From Nocardioides sp. (lineage in GTDB: Bacteria > Actinomycetota > Actinomycetes > Propionibacteriales > Nocardioidaceae): a stretch of 57,509 bases of DNA. How positions within the stretch are numbered: the first letter of the stretch is position 1; each line of letters starts with the position of its first letter. Shown piece by piece: positions 19,398 to 27,535 of the stretch. Made by a program: the position numbers and the translations under genes. The stretch covers positions 1-57,509 of the forward strand of contig DASTDJ010000196.1 in the NCBI GenBank assembly GCA_035710425.1, in the 5' to 3' direction. Under the pieces are notes generated by a model. The model ran no database searches. It saw only the letters and a list, made by a program, of their open reading frames with translations, and was not told where the DNA came from.

Positions 19398-20195
19398 GTG
19401 CAAGGGATCGCCGACTACCAGTTCATCCGCGCGTTGGGTGAGTCCAACTACGGGACCAACTACCTCGCCACCCCGCCGGCTCGCCTGGGCATCGCCGACT
19501 CCCAGGTCGTCGTGAAGGTGATCGCCGGACCCACCTCCGATGACGCGTTCCGTCGCGCCACCCGCGAGCTGAAGCACTTCAGCGTGGCCGACTCCGACCG
19601 GCTGGTGAAGGTCTTCGACGCGGGTCGCCACGGCGGCGCCTTCTACTACGCGATGGAGTACCTCCCGCTCGGCTCGCTCGAGAGCCCGGCCGAGACGCTG
19701 GCCCCCGACCACGCCGTCCGCGCGGTGCGCGACGCCGCCCTGGCCGCGCACGCGCTGCACGAGCGCGGCATCGCCCACCGCGACATCAAGCCCGCCAACA
19801 TCCTGCTCGCCGACGACGGCGGTCGCCTCTCCGACCTCGGCCTATCGCAGCTGCTCACGCCCGGGATCGTGGTCACCGGGCTCGGCCAGATCGGGCTGGA
19901 GTTCACCGACCCGCAGATCATGGTCGGCGCCGCCGCTTCGCGGGCCAGCGACATCTGGTCCCTCGGTGCCTGCCTGCACTACGCGATGACCGGCGTCGGG
20001 GTCTACGGCGACCTGAAGTCCACGGAGCCCTTGATGCTGGTGCGCACCATCCTGGCCTCGACGCCGGCGGTCAACCCCGGCCTGCCGCCGGACGCCGGCC
20101 AGCTGATCGCCGCCTGCCTCGACCCCGAGCTCTCCGCCCGCCCGCGCACCGCCGCTGAGGTGGCCGACCGGATCGGCTCGCTGGTCACCGTGTGA
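19398..20195 (+). CDS. Stand-alone Hanks-type Ser/Thr protein kinase (atypical motifs), 265 aa
   Basis: GAGGAGG RBS before GTG 19398; VVVK, HRDIKPANILL, DLG, DIWSLG; no TM segment. Confidence 0.85.
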   Translation: MQGIADYQFIRALGESNYGTNYLATPPARLGIADSQVVVKVIAGPTSDDAFRRATRELKHFSVADSDRLVKVFDAGRHGGAFYYAMEYLPLGSLESPAETLAPDHAVRAVRDAALAAHALHERGIAHRDIKPANILLADDGGRLSDLGLSQLLTPGIVVTGLGQIGLEFTDPQIMVGAAASRASDIWSLGACLHYAMTGVGVYGDLKSTEPLMLVRTILASTPAVNPGLPPDAGQLIAACLDPELSARPRTAAEVADRIGSLVTV

Positions 20196-20225
20196 GCCGG
20201 GCGGTGGCGGGCCTGCGAATTCCGC

Positions 20226-20252
20226 GGAACCTCGCTCGTGGCCTGACCGTCT
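20226..20252 (+). promoter_or_regulatory. ECF-sigma-like promoter GGAAC-N17-CGTCT
   Basis: Same -35/-10 pattern and spacing as the 19321 element, 59 nt upstream of ATG 20311. Confidence 0.55.
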
Positions 20253-20310
20253 GACGTTACGATCAAGCGCCCTTGGATCCGCAGGGGCGACACCGGACTT
20301 GTGAGGACCC

Positions 20311-21870
20311 ATGGAGCTGCACGAAAACCTCTACGCCCTTGGCCTGCGCCTCGGCCGTGAGGTCTTCGACGACCCCGACAGCTTCCGCGGTGCGCTGGAC
20401 GACTTCCTCGACGAGGACTCCGCCACCACGGGCGACATCAACCTGCTCGTCGACGCGGTGCGTCTGGGCGCGTTCGCGTCGATGACCTCGATGATCGGCA
20501 GTGGTGCGCAGGTGACCGCCGCTGTCGAGGAGGCCGGCAGCCGGCTGGCGCGTGACCGCGGCAGCGCGGACGTGGCGGGCGCCCAGTGGGCGTGCGCGGT
20601 CCTCGGGTTCGCCATCGGCAAGGTCAGCGACGCCGAGGTGCGTCGCTACCGCACCCAGCACGCGACCCCCCAGCCGCCGTCGCAACCGCTGCCGCCGACC
20701 CAGTTCCCGGGCCAGCAGCCTCCGCAGGGCGTGCCTCCGACGCAGCGTCCCGGCGCACCGGTGCCGGGCGGGCAGCCCACCGCCACCGGACCCCTGCCCA
20801 CCGCCCAGCCCCTCTACGGCGGCCAGCCGGGCTCCGGCGGCGTCCCGTCGCCTCCGGTCAACGTGCCGCCGCCCTCGTCCTGGCCCCCCGCGCCGGCCCA
20901 TCAGCAGCCCCGCAAGCGCAAGACCTGGCCGATCCTGGTCGCCGTCGTCGCCGTGCTCGCGATCGTCGGCGGCGGCGCGTTCGCGGTGATCGCCCTCCAG
21001 GGCGACGACGACGACAACGGCGGCGGCGGAGGTGGCGGCGGCAAGCAGGAGACGGAGCAGGCCGTCGACCTCGAGTCCGTGACCGAGCGCTACAGCGACC
21101 TCGCCGGCAACGTCGGCGCGGGCCTCGACGAGTGCGAGGGGGTCGAGGCGAGCGACGGCACCAGCGAGGAGCTGGAGTGCGGCTTCGCCAACGGCACGCT
21201 CGCGCTGACGACGTACGAGTCGATGGAGGACCTCACGGCCAGCCGCGAGGCCAACACCGGCACCGACGCCGGCACCCGCTACAGCGAGACCGACCAGGGC
21301 GTCATCTACGGCATCAACAACGGGTCCGCCGTCTCCGAGGCCGAGGTCGCCTCGATCTACTGGGACAGCAACGAGGGCCTGCAGTCCGGCAAGTTCACCG
21401 CGTCGTCCGACACCGTCACCATCGACCAGCTGGTCGAGACCCTGAACGGCGTCGAGCCCGTGGTTGCCTGGCCGACCGAACCCGAGGACGAGGGCATGCT
21501 CGAGCTCGCCGCGGAGTTCGTGAACGTCGAGGAGTGCGACCGGATCGACACGATCCAGGCCGGCGAGCTCGAGGAGAGCATCTGCAGCGCCCCCGACGGC
21601 ATCACCGTGTTCATGGGGGTGTTCGAGACCATGAGCGACTTCAAGGAGTACCGGCGCGACGCGCTGCAGCAGGGCAGCGACCAGGGCAACCCGCTGCGCA
21701 ACTGGAACTTCGACGGCAACACCCGCGAGGGCGCGGCGGCGGAGTACCTCAACTCCTCCGACGATGCCGTCCGCTACTGGGACAAGCCCGAGTGCCGGTG
21801 CTACATGGAGGCCAGCCTCACCGGCAGCAGCGACCTCCAGAAGCTCGAGGACTGGTGGGTCAACGCCTGA
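20311..21870 (+). CDS. Single-pass membrane protein: N-terminal helical domain, Pro-rich linker, duplicated Cys-containing extracellular domain
   Basis: 519 aa; RKRK followed by TM WPILVAVVAVLAIVGGGAFAVIAL; acidic extracellular region. Confidence 0.8.
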   Translation: MELHENLYALGLRLGREVFDDPDSFRGALDDFLDEDSATTGDINLLVDAVRLGAFASMTSMIGSGAQVTAAVEEAGSRLARDRGSADVAGAQWACAVLGFAIGKVSDAEVRRYRTQHATPQPPSQPLPPTQFPGQQPPQGVPPTQRPGAPVPGGQPTATGPLPTAQPLYGGQPGSGGVPSPPVNVPPPSSWPPAPAHQQPRKRKTWPILVAVVAVLAIVGGGAFAVIALQGDDDDNGGGGGGGGKQETEQAVDLESVTERYSDLAGNVGAGLDECEGVEASDGTSEELECGFANGTLALTTYESMEDLTASREANTGTDAGTRYSETDQGVIYGINNGSAVSEAEVASIYWDSNEGLQSGKFTASSDTVTIDQLVETLNGVEPVVAWPTEPEDEGMLELAAEFVNVEECDRIDTIQAGELEESICSAPDGITVFMGVFETMSDFKEYRRDALQQGSDQGNPLRNWNFDGNTREGAAAEYLNSSDDAVRYWDKPECRCYMEASLTGSSDLQKLEDWWVNA

Positions 21871-21880
21871 CCGGATCGTT

Positions 21881-21925
21881 GGGCGAGTAGCGCGAGCGGG
21901 GAACGAGCGAGCGCATATCGAGACC
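21881..21925. repeat. GTAG-type REP-like element between convergent genes
   Basis: GGGCGAGTAGCGCGAGCGGGGAACGAGCGAGCGCATATCGAGACC. Confidence 0.55.
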
Positions 21926-22740
21926 TAGACGGTTGCCGGCGTGCGTCCCGGGAGGTCGGTGCGGGTGAGGATCGCCAGCGTGGTGTCGTCGCCGCCCACC
22001 TGAGCCGGCTCGACGAGCCAGCCCGGGAGCTGCTCGGCCACCCAACCCAGCCCGTGCTGACGGCCGAACCGCACCAGCTCCTCGCCGGTCTGCTGCCACC
22101 AGCCGGAGGCGTCGACGCGCGACGACCCGAAGCCGTCGGTGCACTGGAACGCCAGTACGACGTCGCCCTGCAGGGTGTCGATCGCGCCGGCCCGCAGTGA
22201 CTTGAGCGGGTTGGGCTGGCACAGCGAGGCGGTGGTGACGCCGTCGGCGTCGGGGTCCTCGGGGAGCGGGCGGGACGCGCGGCCGGCGCCGTCGACCACG
22301 ACCGTGTCGCCGTCGCCGATCTGGAACAAAGTGAGCGAGTCGCCGACCGCGGCCATCGCCAGGATCGTGGTGCCGTAGGGCCGCAGCTGGTCACGCGGGG
22401 CGCCGCCCTGGAAGGGGTTCTCGGCCGCGTGCCGACGCACGCCGGCGGTCCACGCCTCCACGGCGTTGGCGGCGATCTCGAGCACCGTGCGCTGGGCGGT
22501 CGCAGCGTCGGCAAGGTCCGCCAGCCGCGCGACCAGGGCGTCGACCGCGCTGTCGACGGCGATCCGGGCGCCGACGTCGCTGCGGAAGTGCTCGTGGTGA
22601 CCGTGGCCGTCGGCGACCGCGACCACAGCGGTGTCGCCCTCGACCCAGGTGCGGACGGCGTCCTGGATGGGTCGCCCGTCACGCACGTGCACCGAGCCGA
22701 TCTGGGTGCCGGACAGGGGAGTCCAACCCCCCTGGCTCAT
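21925..22740 (-). CDS. PP2C-family protein phosphatase (TerY-P type)
   Basis: GSVH...PIQDA, AVADGHG, QIGDG, CTDG, GDDTT; ATGA-coupled to the vWA gene. Confidence 0.88.
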   Translation of the reverse strand: MSQGGWTPLSGTQIGSVHVRDGRPIQDAVRTWVEGDTAVVAVADGHGHHEHFRSDVGARIAVDSAVDALVARLADLADAATAQRTVLEIAANAVEAWTAGVRRHAAENPFQGGAPRDQLRPYGTTILAMAAVGDSLTLFQIGDGDTVVVDGAGRASRPLPEDPDADGVTTASLCQPNPLKSLRAGAIDTLQGDVVLAFQCTDGFGSSRVDASGWWQQTGEELVRFGRQHGLGWVAEQLPGWLVEPAQVGGDDTTLAILTRTDLPGRTPATV

Positions 22741-23435
22741 CCGAGCGTGCTCCAGATCGGGTCGCCGACGGGGGAAGGCGGAACGTTGGTGACGTTGGCG
22801 TCGCCGATGACGGGTCGGGAGGCCACGCGGCTGGCGGCCTTGGAGGCCCAGACGATGTATTCCACGAGCTGCTCGGGGTTGTCGGCGCGTAGCAGCGGCA
22901 CGTCCTCGTTGCCGATGAAGCGCCGCATCGAGTGCATGTCGGCGTCGCGGCCCACCCCGAGTGCCAGTCGTACGGCGGCGGCGCCCCATTTCTCGTTGAG
23001 CAGCTCCTGGAGGCCCTCGGCGAACGTCGTCCCGCTGCTGTGGGTCGGGCGGCCGTCGGAGACCAGGATGATCGCCGGCGGGTAGGCGCTCGGCAGCCGC
23101 TCCATCTCACGCATCGCGCCGGCCAGCGTGACCAGCGCGCTGCCGAGCTCGGTGAAGCCCTTCGGCACCGCCTCGAGCCGCTGCCAGTGCACGTCCTCCA
23201 CGGACGTCGGCTCCTCGATGATCCACTGCGGCTCGTTGGCGAACGCCAGCACCCGGATCAGCAGCTCCGCGTGGGGGTTGGCCCGGGCCTCGTCGCGCAG
23301 GTGCGGCAGCACCTCCGTGATGGCGTTGTTGAGCGCCTGGATCCGGCCGCCTCGCAGCATCGAACCGGAGACGTCGAGGACGAAGATGAAGTGGAGTGGC
23401 TTGCGCGCCAGGGCTCCACCCAGGCGGTCGCTCAT
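22737..23435 (-). CDS. terY: TerY-like vWA domain protein
   Basis: MIDAS DVSGS, GFTELG, ILVSDG; GAGGTGG RBS before ATG 23435. Confidence 0.82.
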   Translation of the reverse strand: MSDRLGGALARKPLHFIFVLDVSGSMLRGGRIQALNNAITEVLPHLRDEARANPHAELLIRVLAFANEPQWIIEEPTSVEDVHWQRLEAVPKGFTELGSALVTLAGAMREMERLPSAYPPAIILVSDGRPTHSSGTTFAEGLQELLNEKWGAAAVRLALGVGRDADMHSMRRFIGNEDVPLLRADNPEQLVEYIVWASKAASRVASRPVIGDANVTNVPPSPVGDPIWSTLG

Positions 23436-23562
23436 TTCCACCTCGCTTCGCGTTGCGGTCTGGCTTGAAGTTATACCCTGACACCACTTCGGTCCGATGT
23501 CTCGGGATCCGGATCGTCATGGTGGTAGTCCAAGCTCGCGTCCCTGGAGGTCGGCGTCCTCG

Positions 23563-24864
23563 ATGGTATTGGCCAACGGAACCGAGGTTGATCTCGGCGC
23601 GCTGGGGCGCGCTCGAGTGGTCTCGTTGATCGGCCAGGGCGGGCAGGGCTACGTCTACGAGGTGGAGCGTCCGTTGGGCGAGCCGCTCGCGCTGAAGTGG
23701 TACAAGAAGGAGAGCGCGAGCGTCGAGCAGCACGACGAGATGCAGCAGCTCGTCGAGTTCGGCTCCCCGCACGCCCGGTTCCTGTGGCCGATGAGCATGG
23801 CGCGGGTGACGGGCGAGCCGGGGTTCGGCTACGTCATGCAGCTGCGCGACCCGCGGTTCCTCGAGCTCAGCTACCTGCTCTCCAACTCCGACCGCGACGG
23901 CAACCCGCTCGACGTCTCCTTCGCCTCGACGATCGAGCTCTGCCGCCAGCTGAGCTTCAGCTTCCTGCGGTTGCACGCCCGCGGCCTCTGCTATCGCGAC
24001 ATCTCCTTCGGCAACGTGTTCTTCGACCCCTCCAACGGCAACGTGCTGATCTGCGACAACGACAACGTCGGTGTCGACAACGGTCGCGGCCGGGTCCTCG
24101 GCACGCCGTACTTCATGGCGCCGGAGGTGGTGAAGGACACGACGTTCCGCACCATGCCCAACACCGACACCGACCGGCACTCGCTGGCCGTGCTGCTGTT
24201 CTGCTCACTCTTCCTGGGCCACCCGCTCGAGGGTCAGCGCACCGACGCCGGTCTGCGCGACGCCCAGTGGCTGCTCACCCACTTCGGCACCGACCCGGTG
24301 TTCTGCATGCATCCCGAGAACGAGTCCAACCGACCCGGTGACATCGTCCAGCAGTACTGGCGCATCTACCCGCGGTTCCTGCGCGACCTGTTCATCCAGG
24401 CCTTCGTGACCGGCATCGACCGGCCCGGCGCCCGGGTCACCGAGGGCCAGTGGATCAAGGCGATGGACCGGCTCCGCGACGGCATGGTCTCGTGCAGCAC
24501 CTGCAGCACCACCAACTTCTGGGACCCGGCCGACCCCAACACCACCTGCCGGTCGTGCGCGTCCCCGCTCGCACCGCCGTTCCTGCTGCAGGTCGGCCGA
24601 CGCAACCTCGCGGTCAGCTCGCTCGCCACGCTGCGCTCTGACCACCTGGCCTCCGGCGTCGACGAGCCGACCACGCTCGGCCGGACCCGGCAGCACCCGC
24701 AGGCCCCGGAGCGCTGGGGGCTGCACAACACCTCGGAGTTCCCCTGGCAGGTCGCCTACCCGGGGGGCCACCACCACGTGCTCGAGCCCAACCAGACCAT
24801 CGAGATGGTCGACGGCGCCCGGATCCAGATCCAGTCGGCGACCGTCGTCGTACGCCGCCCCTGA
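23563..24864 (+). CDS. TerY-P-type Ser/Thr kinase with Zn-ribbon and FHA-like tail
   Basis: GQGGQG, ALK, YRDISFGN, DND, GTPYFMAPE; CSTC...CRSC. Start at 23563 or 23497. Confidence 0.85.
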   Translation: MVLANGTEVDLGALGRARVVSLIGQGGQGYVYEVERPLGEPLALKWYKKESASVEQHDEMQQLVEFGSPHARFLWPMSMARVTGEPGFGYVMQLRDPRFLELSYLLSNSDRDGNPLDVSFASTIELCRQLSFSFLRLHARGLCYRDISFGNVFFDPSNGNVLICDNDNVGVDNGRGRVLGTPYFMAPEVVKDTTFRTMPNTDTDRHSLAVLLFCSLFLGHPLEGQRTDAGLRDAQWLLTHFGTDPVFCMHPENESNRPGDIVQQYWRIYPRFLRDLFIQAFVTGIDRPGARVTEGQWIKAMDRLRDGMVSCSTCSTTNFWDPADPNTTCRSCASPLAPPFLLQVGRRNLAVSSLATLRSDHLASGVDEPTTLGRTRQHPQAPERWGLHNTSEFPWQVAYPGGHHHVLEPNQTIEMVDGARIQIQSATVVVRRP

Positions 24865-24915
24865 CGTCCGGCGAACCGGGGAATCCCCGCCGCTACCGCT
24901 AGGTAGGCTGCGCGC

Positions 24916-26604
24916 ATGCAGTCGCTGCTGATCGAGGTGGACGGACGAGCCCTGCGGTTCGACGCACCCCGCCTCCTCCGCATCGGCCGGTCGATCGAGG
25001 CCGACGTGGTCCTCGCCGCCGGCTCGGTGTCGCGACAGCACGCAGAGCTGCGGCCGGTCGAGACCGGCTGGGTGCTGGTCGACTCGGGCAGCCAGTACGG
25101 CACCTACGTCGACGGGCGACGGGTCACCGAGCACATGATCAGCGGCCCGGTCACCGTGCAGTGCGGTCCTCCGGCGGCGGGATCCACCCTGCGGATCACC
25201 CCCGACCCGGTCGCCTCCGCCCCGGCGCCCGCACCCGTGCAGGCACCGATGCCGGTGCCCGTGCCCGCATCTCCGTCCGGACCGATCCCGAGCGCGCCGC
25301 CGTCCCCCACCGACCGGCCCCAGGGACAGACCCCGCCGGGCGGCGGGTACGACGAGACGTTCGTCCTCGCGGCCCAGCCGCCCGGGCCTCCTGGCATGGG
25401 CCCGCCGCGCAGCGGACCCGACCTGCTGGTCGTGGCCGAGGGGCGGGAGTTCCGGTTCCGGCACCCCGCCCACCTGACCATCGGCCGCCGTCCGGAGTCC
25501 GATGTCGTCGTCACCGACCCGGTCTGCTCGCGGATGCACGGCCAGGTCACGGCGACGCCGGGCGGCTGGACCTACCTGAACAGCTCGCAGGAGGGCACCT
25601 TCCTCAACGGCCGCCGGGTCGAGCAGTTCCCGTTCAACGAGAGCGTGAGGTTCCGGCTCGGCCATCCCGTCGCCGGTCCCGAGCTCGCCCTCGTCCCGAT
25701 CCTGTCCGCCGCCGAGGAGGAGCGGCGGTTCGCGCGCAAGCGCCGCAACCGGACCCTCGTGCGCGTGGGCGCCGGGGTGGCGGCGTTGATCCTGATCGGC
25801 GGCACGATCACCGCGGCGGTGCTGCTCAGCGGCAGCGATGACGACGACCCGAGCGGTGGCGGCAGCGGCGGCGATTCCGGCAGCTCCTCCGACACCATGG
25901 AGGTGCTCACCGACGAGGAGCTCGACACCGCCAAGGCGGCGACCGTGCGCCTCTCGGCCGAGACGACCGACCTGTCCGGAGCGCCGGTGGAGTACTCCGG
26001 GTCCGGCTCGATCATCGACGAGCAGGGGCTGATCCTCACCAACGCGCACGTGGCCGCGCCCCAGGCCGAGGGCCTCGCGGAGCAGTACGGCGAGGAGGAC
26101 CAGATCAACGACCCCGAGTACCTCCTGGTCGCCCTCACCCAGGGCGGCGACGACCGGCCGGCCGATCCCGAGTACCGCGCTCGAGTCGTGGAGGCCGACG
26201 GACACCTCGATGCCGCGGTGATCGAGATCTACGCCGACGAGGACGGCAACGAGCTCGACGACGAGCTCGACCTCCCGACGCTGCCGATCGGCGACTCCGA
26301 CGAGGTCCGGACCGGTGACGACGTCACGGTGCTGGGCTTCCCCGGCATCTCCCAGTCCGGCGCGGTCACGGTGACGAAGGGCGTCGTGTCGACGTTCATC
26401 CCCTCGGAGGAGTACGGCCCGCGCTCGGAGATCGACACCGACACCCGGATCGCGCCGGGCAACTCCGGCGGGTCGGCGATCAACAACGATGCCGAGATCA
26501 TCGGCATCCCCTCCGCCTTCTTCAGCGAGGGCACGCCGATCGTGAGCGGGCGGATCCGGCCGATCAACCTGGTGACCGACCTGATCAGCTCTGCGGGTGG
26601 ATGA
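24916..26604 (+). CDS. FHA-FHA-TM-trypsin-like serine protease
   Basis: Two FHA domains (GR...SRxH...GT), one TM, protease triad TNAHV / LDAA / GNSGG; no PDZ. Confidence 0.88.
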   Translation: MQSLLIEVDGRALRFDAPRLLRIGRSIEADVVLAAGSVSRQHAELRPVETGWVLVDSGSQYGTYVDGRRVTEHMISGPVTVQCGPPAAGSTLRITPDPVASAPAPAPVQAPMPVPVPASPSGPIPSAPPSPTDRPQGQTPPGGGYDETFVLAAQPPGPPGMGPPRSGPDLLVVAEGREFRFRHPAHLTIGRRPESDVVVTDPVCSRMHGQVTATPGGWTYLNSSQEGTFLNGRRVEQFPFNESVRFRLGHPVAGPELALVPILSAAEEERRFARKRRNRTLVRVGAGVAALILIGGTITAAVLLSGSDDDDPSGGGSGGDSGSSSDTMEVLTDEELDTAKAATVRLSAETTDLSGAPVEYSGSGSIIDEQGLILTNAHVAAPQAEGLAEQYGEEDQINDPEYLLVALTQGGDDRPADPEYRARVVEADGHLDAAVIEIYADEDGNELDDELDLPTLPIGDSDEVRTGDDVTVLGFPGISQSGAVTVTKGVVSTFIPSEEYGPRSEIDTDTRIAPGNSGGSAINNDAEIIGIPSAFFSEGTPIVSGRIRPINLVTDLISSAGG

Positions 26605-27535
26605 CGTGGCCGGACTGCTCTTCCAGACCCCCCGCGCCCGCCTGAACCGGCTGCTCGGGTCCGCCTCCCCGAGCCCGCTCGAGGGGCGCACCACGCTGGT
26701 CACGGGCGCGTCCTCCGGCATCGGCGAGGCCACGGCGCGGGCCGTCGCCGCGAAGGGCTCGACCGTGCTGCTCGTCGCCCGCCGCGCCGACGAGCTGGAG
26801 CGACTCCGGAGCGAGATCGTGGCCGCCGGCGGCCGGGCCGCGGCGTACCCCTGCGACCTCGCGGACGGCGAAGCGGTCGACTCGCTGGTCAAGCAGGCCT
26901 TGCAGGACCACGGCGCCGTCGACTACCTCGTCAACAACGCCGGCCGCTCGATCCGGCGCTCCCTGCACCTGAGCTACGACCGCTTCCACGACTTCGAGCG
27001 CACCATGGCGATCAACTACTTCGCGCCGGTGCGGCTGACCATGGGGCTGCTGCCAGCGATGCGGGAGCAGCGCTTCGGCCACGTCGTCAACATCGTCACG
27101 TGGGGGGTGCAGATGAAAGCGCCCAAGTTCGCCGCCTACATCGCGTCCAAGACCGCCCTCGACACCTGGTCGCGGATCGCCGGCCGGGAGACGTACGGCG
27201 ACAACGTCACGTTCACCAACATGCGCTTCGGCCTGGTCCGCACCGGCATGGTGGTCCCGACCGGTTCCATCGAGGACCGGCGGGCGCTGAGCGCCGAGCA
27301 GGCGGCCGCGCGCGTGGTGCGGGCCCTCGAGGACCGCCCGCTCGTGGTCAGCAACCTCGCGGCGCACGCCGGCGAGATGCTCAGCCTGCTCGCCCCGCGG
27401 CTCAGCGACGCGCTGATGCACCGCTACGACCGCGCGGTGCCGGACTCGCGAGCCGCCCGCGGGGAGTCAGAGCAGGGCGACGAAGGCGATCACGCCGACC
27501 AGGACCACCAGGCCCCGGAGCAGGGTCGGCGGTAG
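26597..27535 (+). CDS. SDR oxidoreductase (fatty acyl-CoA reductase-like)
   Basis: TGASSGIG, NNAGRSIRRS...DRFHDFERTM, YIASK. Confidence 0.85.
   Translation: MDDVAGLLFQTPRARLNRLLGSASPSPLEGRTTLVTGASSGIGEATARAVAAKGSTVLLVARRADELERLRSEIVAAGGRAAAYPCDLADGEAVDSLVKQALQDHGAVDYLVNNAGRSIRRSLHLSYDRFHDFERTMAINYFAPVRLTMGLLPAMREQRFGHVVNIVTWGVQMKAPKFAAYIASKTALDTWSRIAGRETYGDNVTFTNMRFGLVRTGMVVPTGSIEDRRALSAEQAAARVVRALEDRPLVVSNLAAHAGEMLSLLAPRLSDALMHRYDRAVPDSRAARGESEQGDEGDHADQDHQAPEQGRR

Noticed and set aside
15920-26604. Mobile element or prophage origin of the signalling island
   Set aside because: No integrase, transposase, att-like repeats or tRNA, and no obvious compositional shift by eye.
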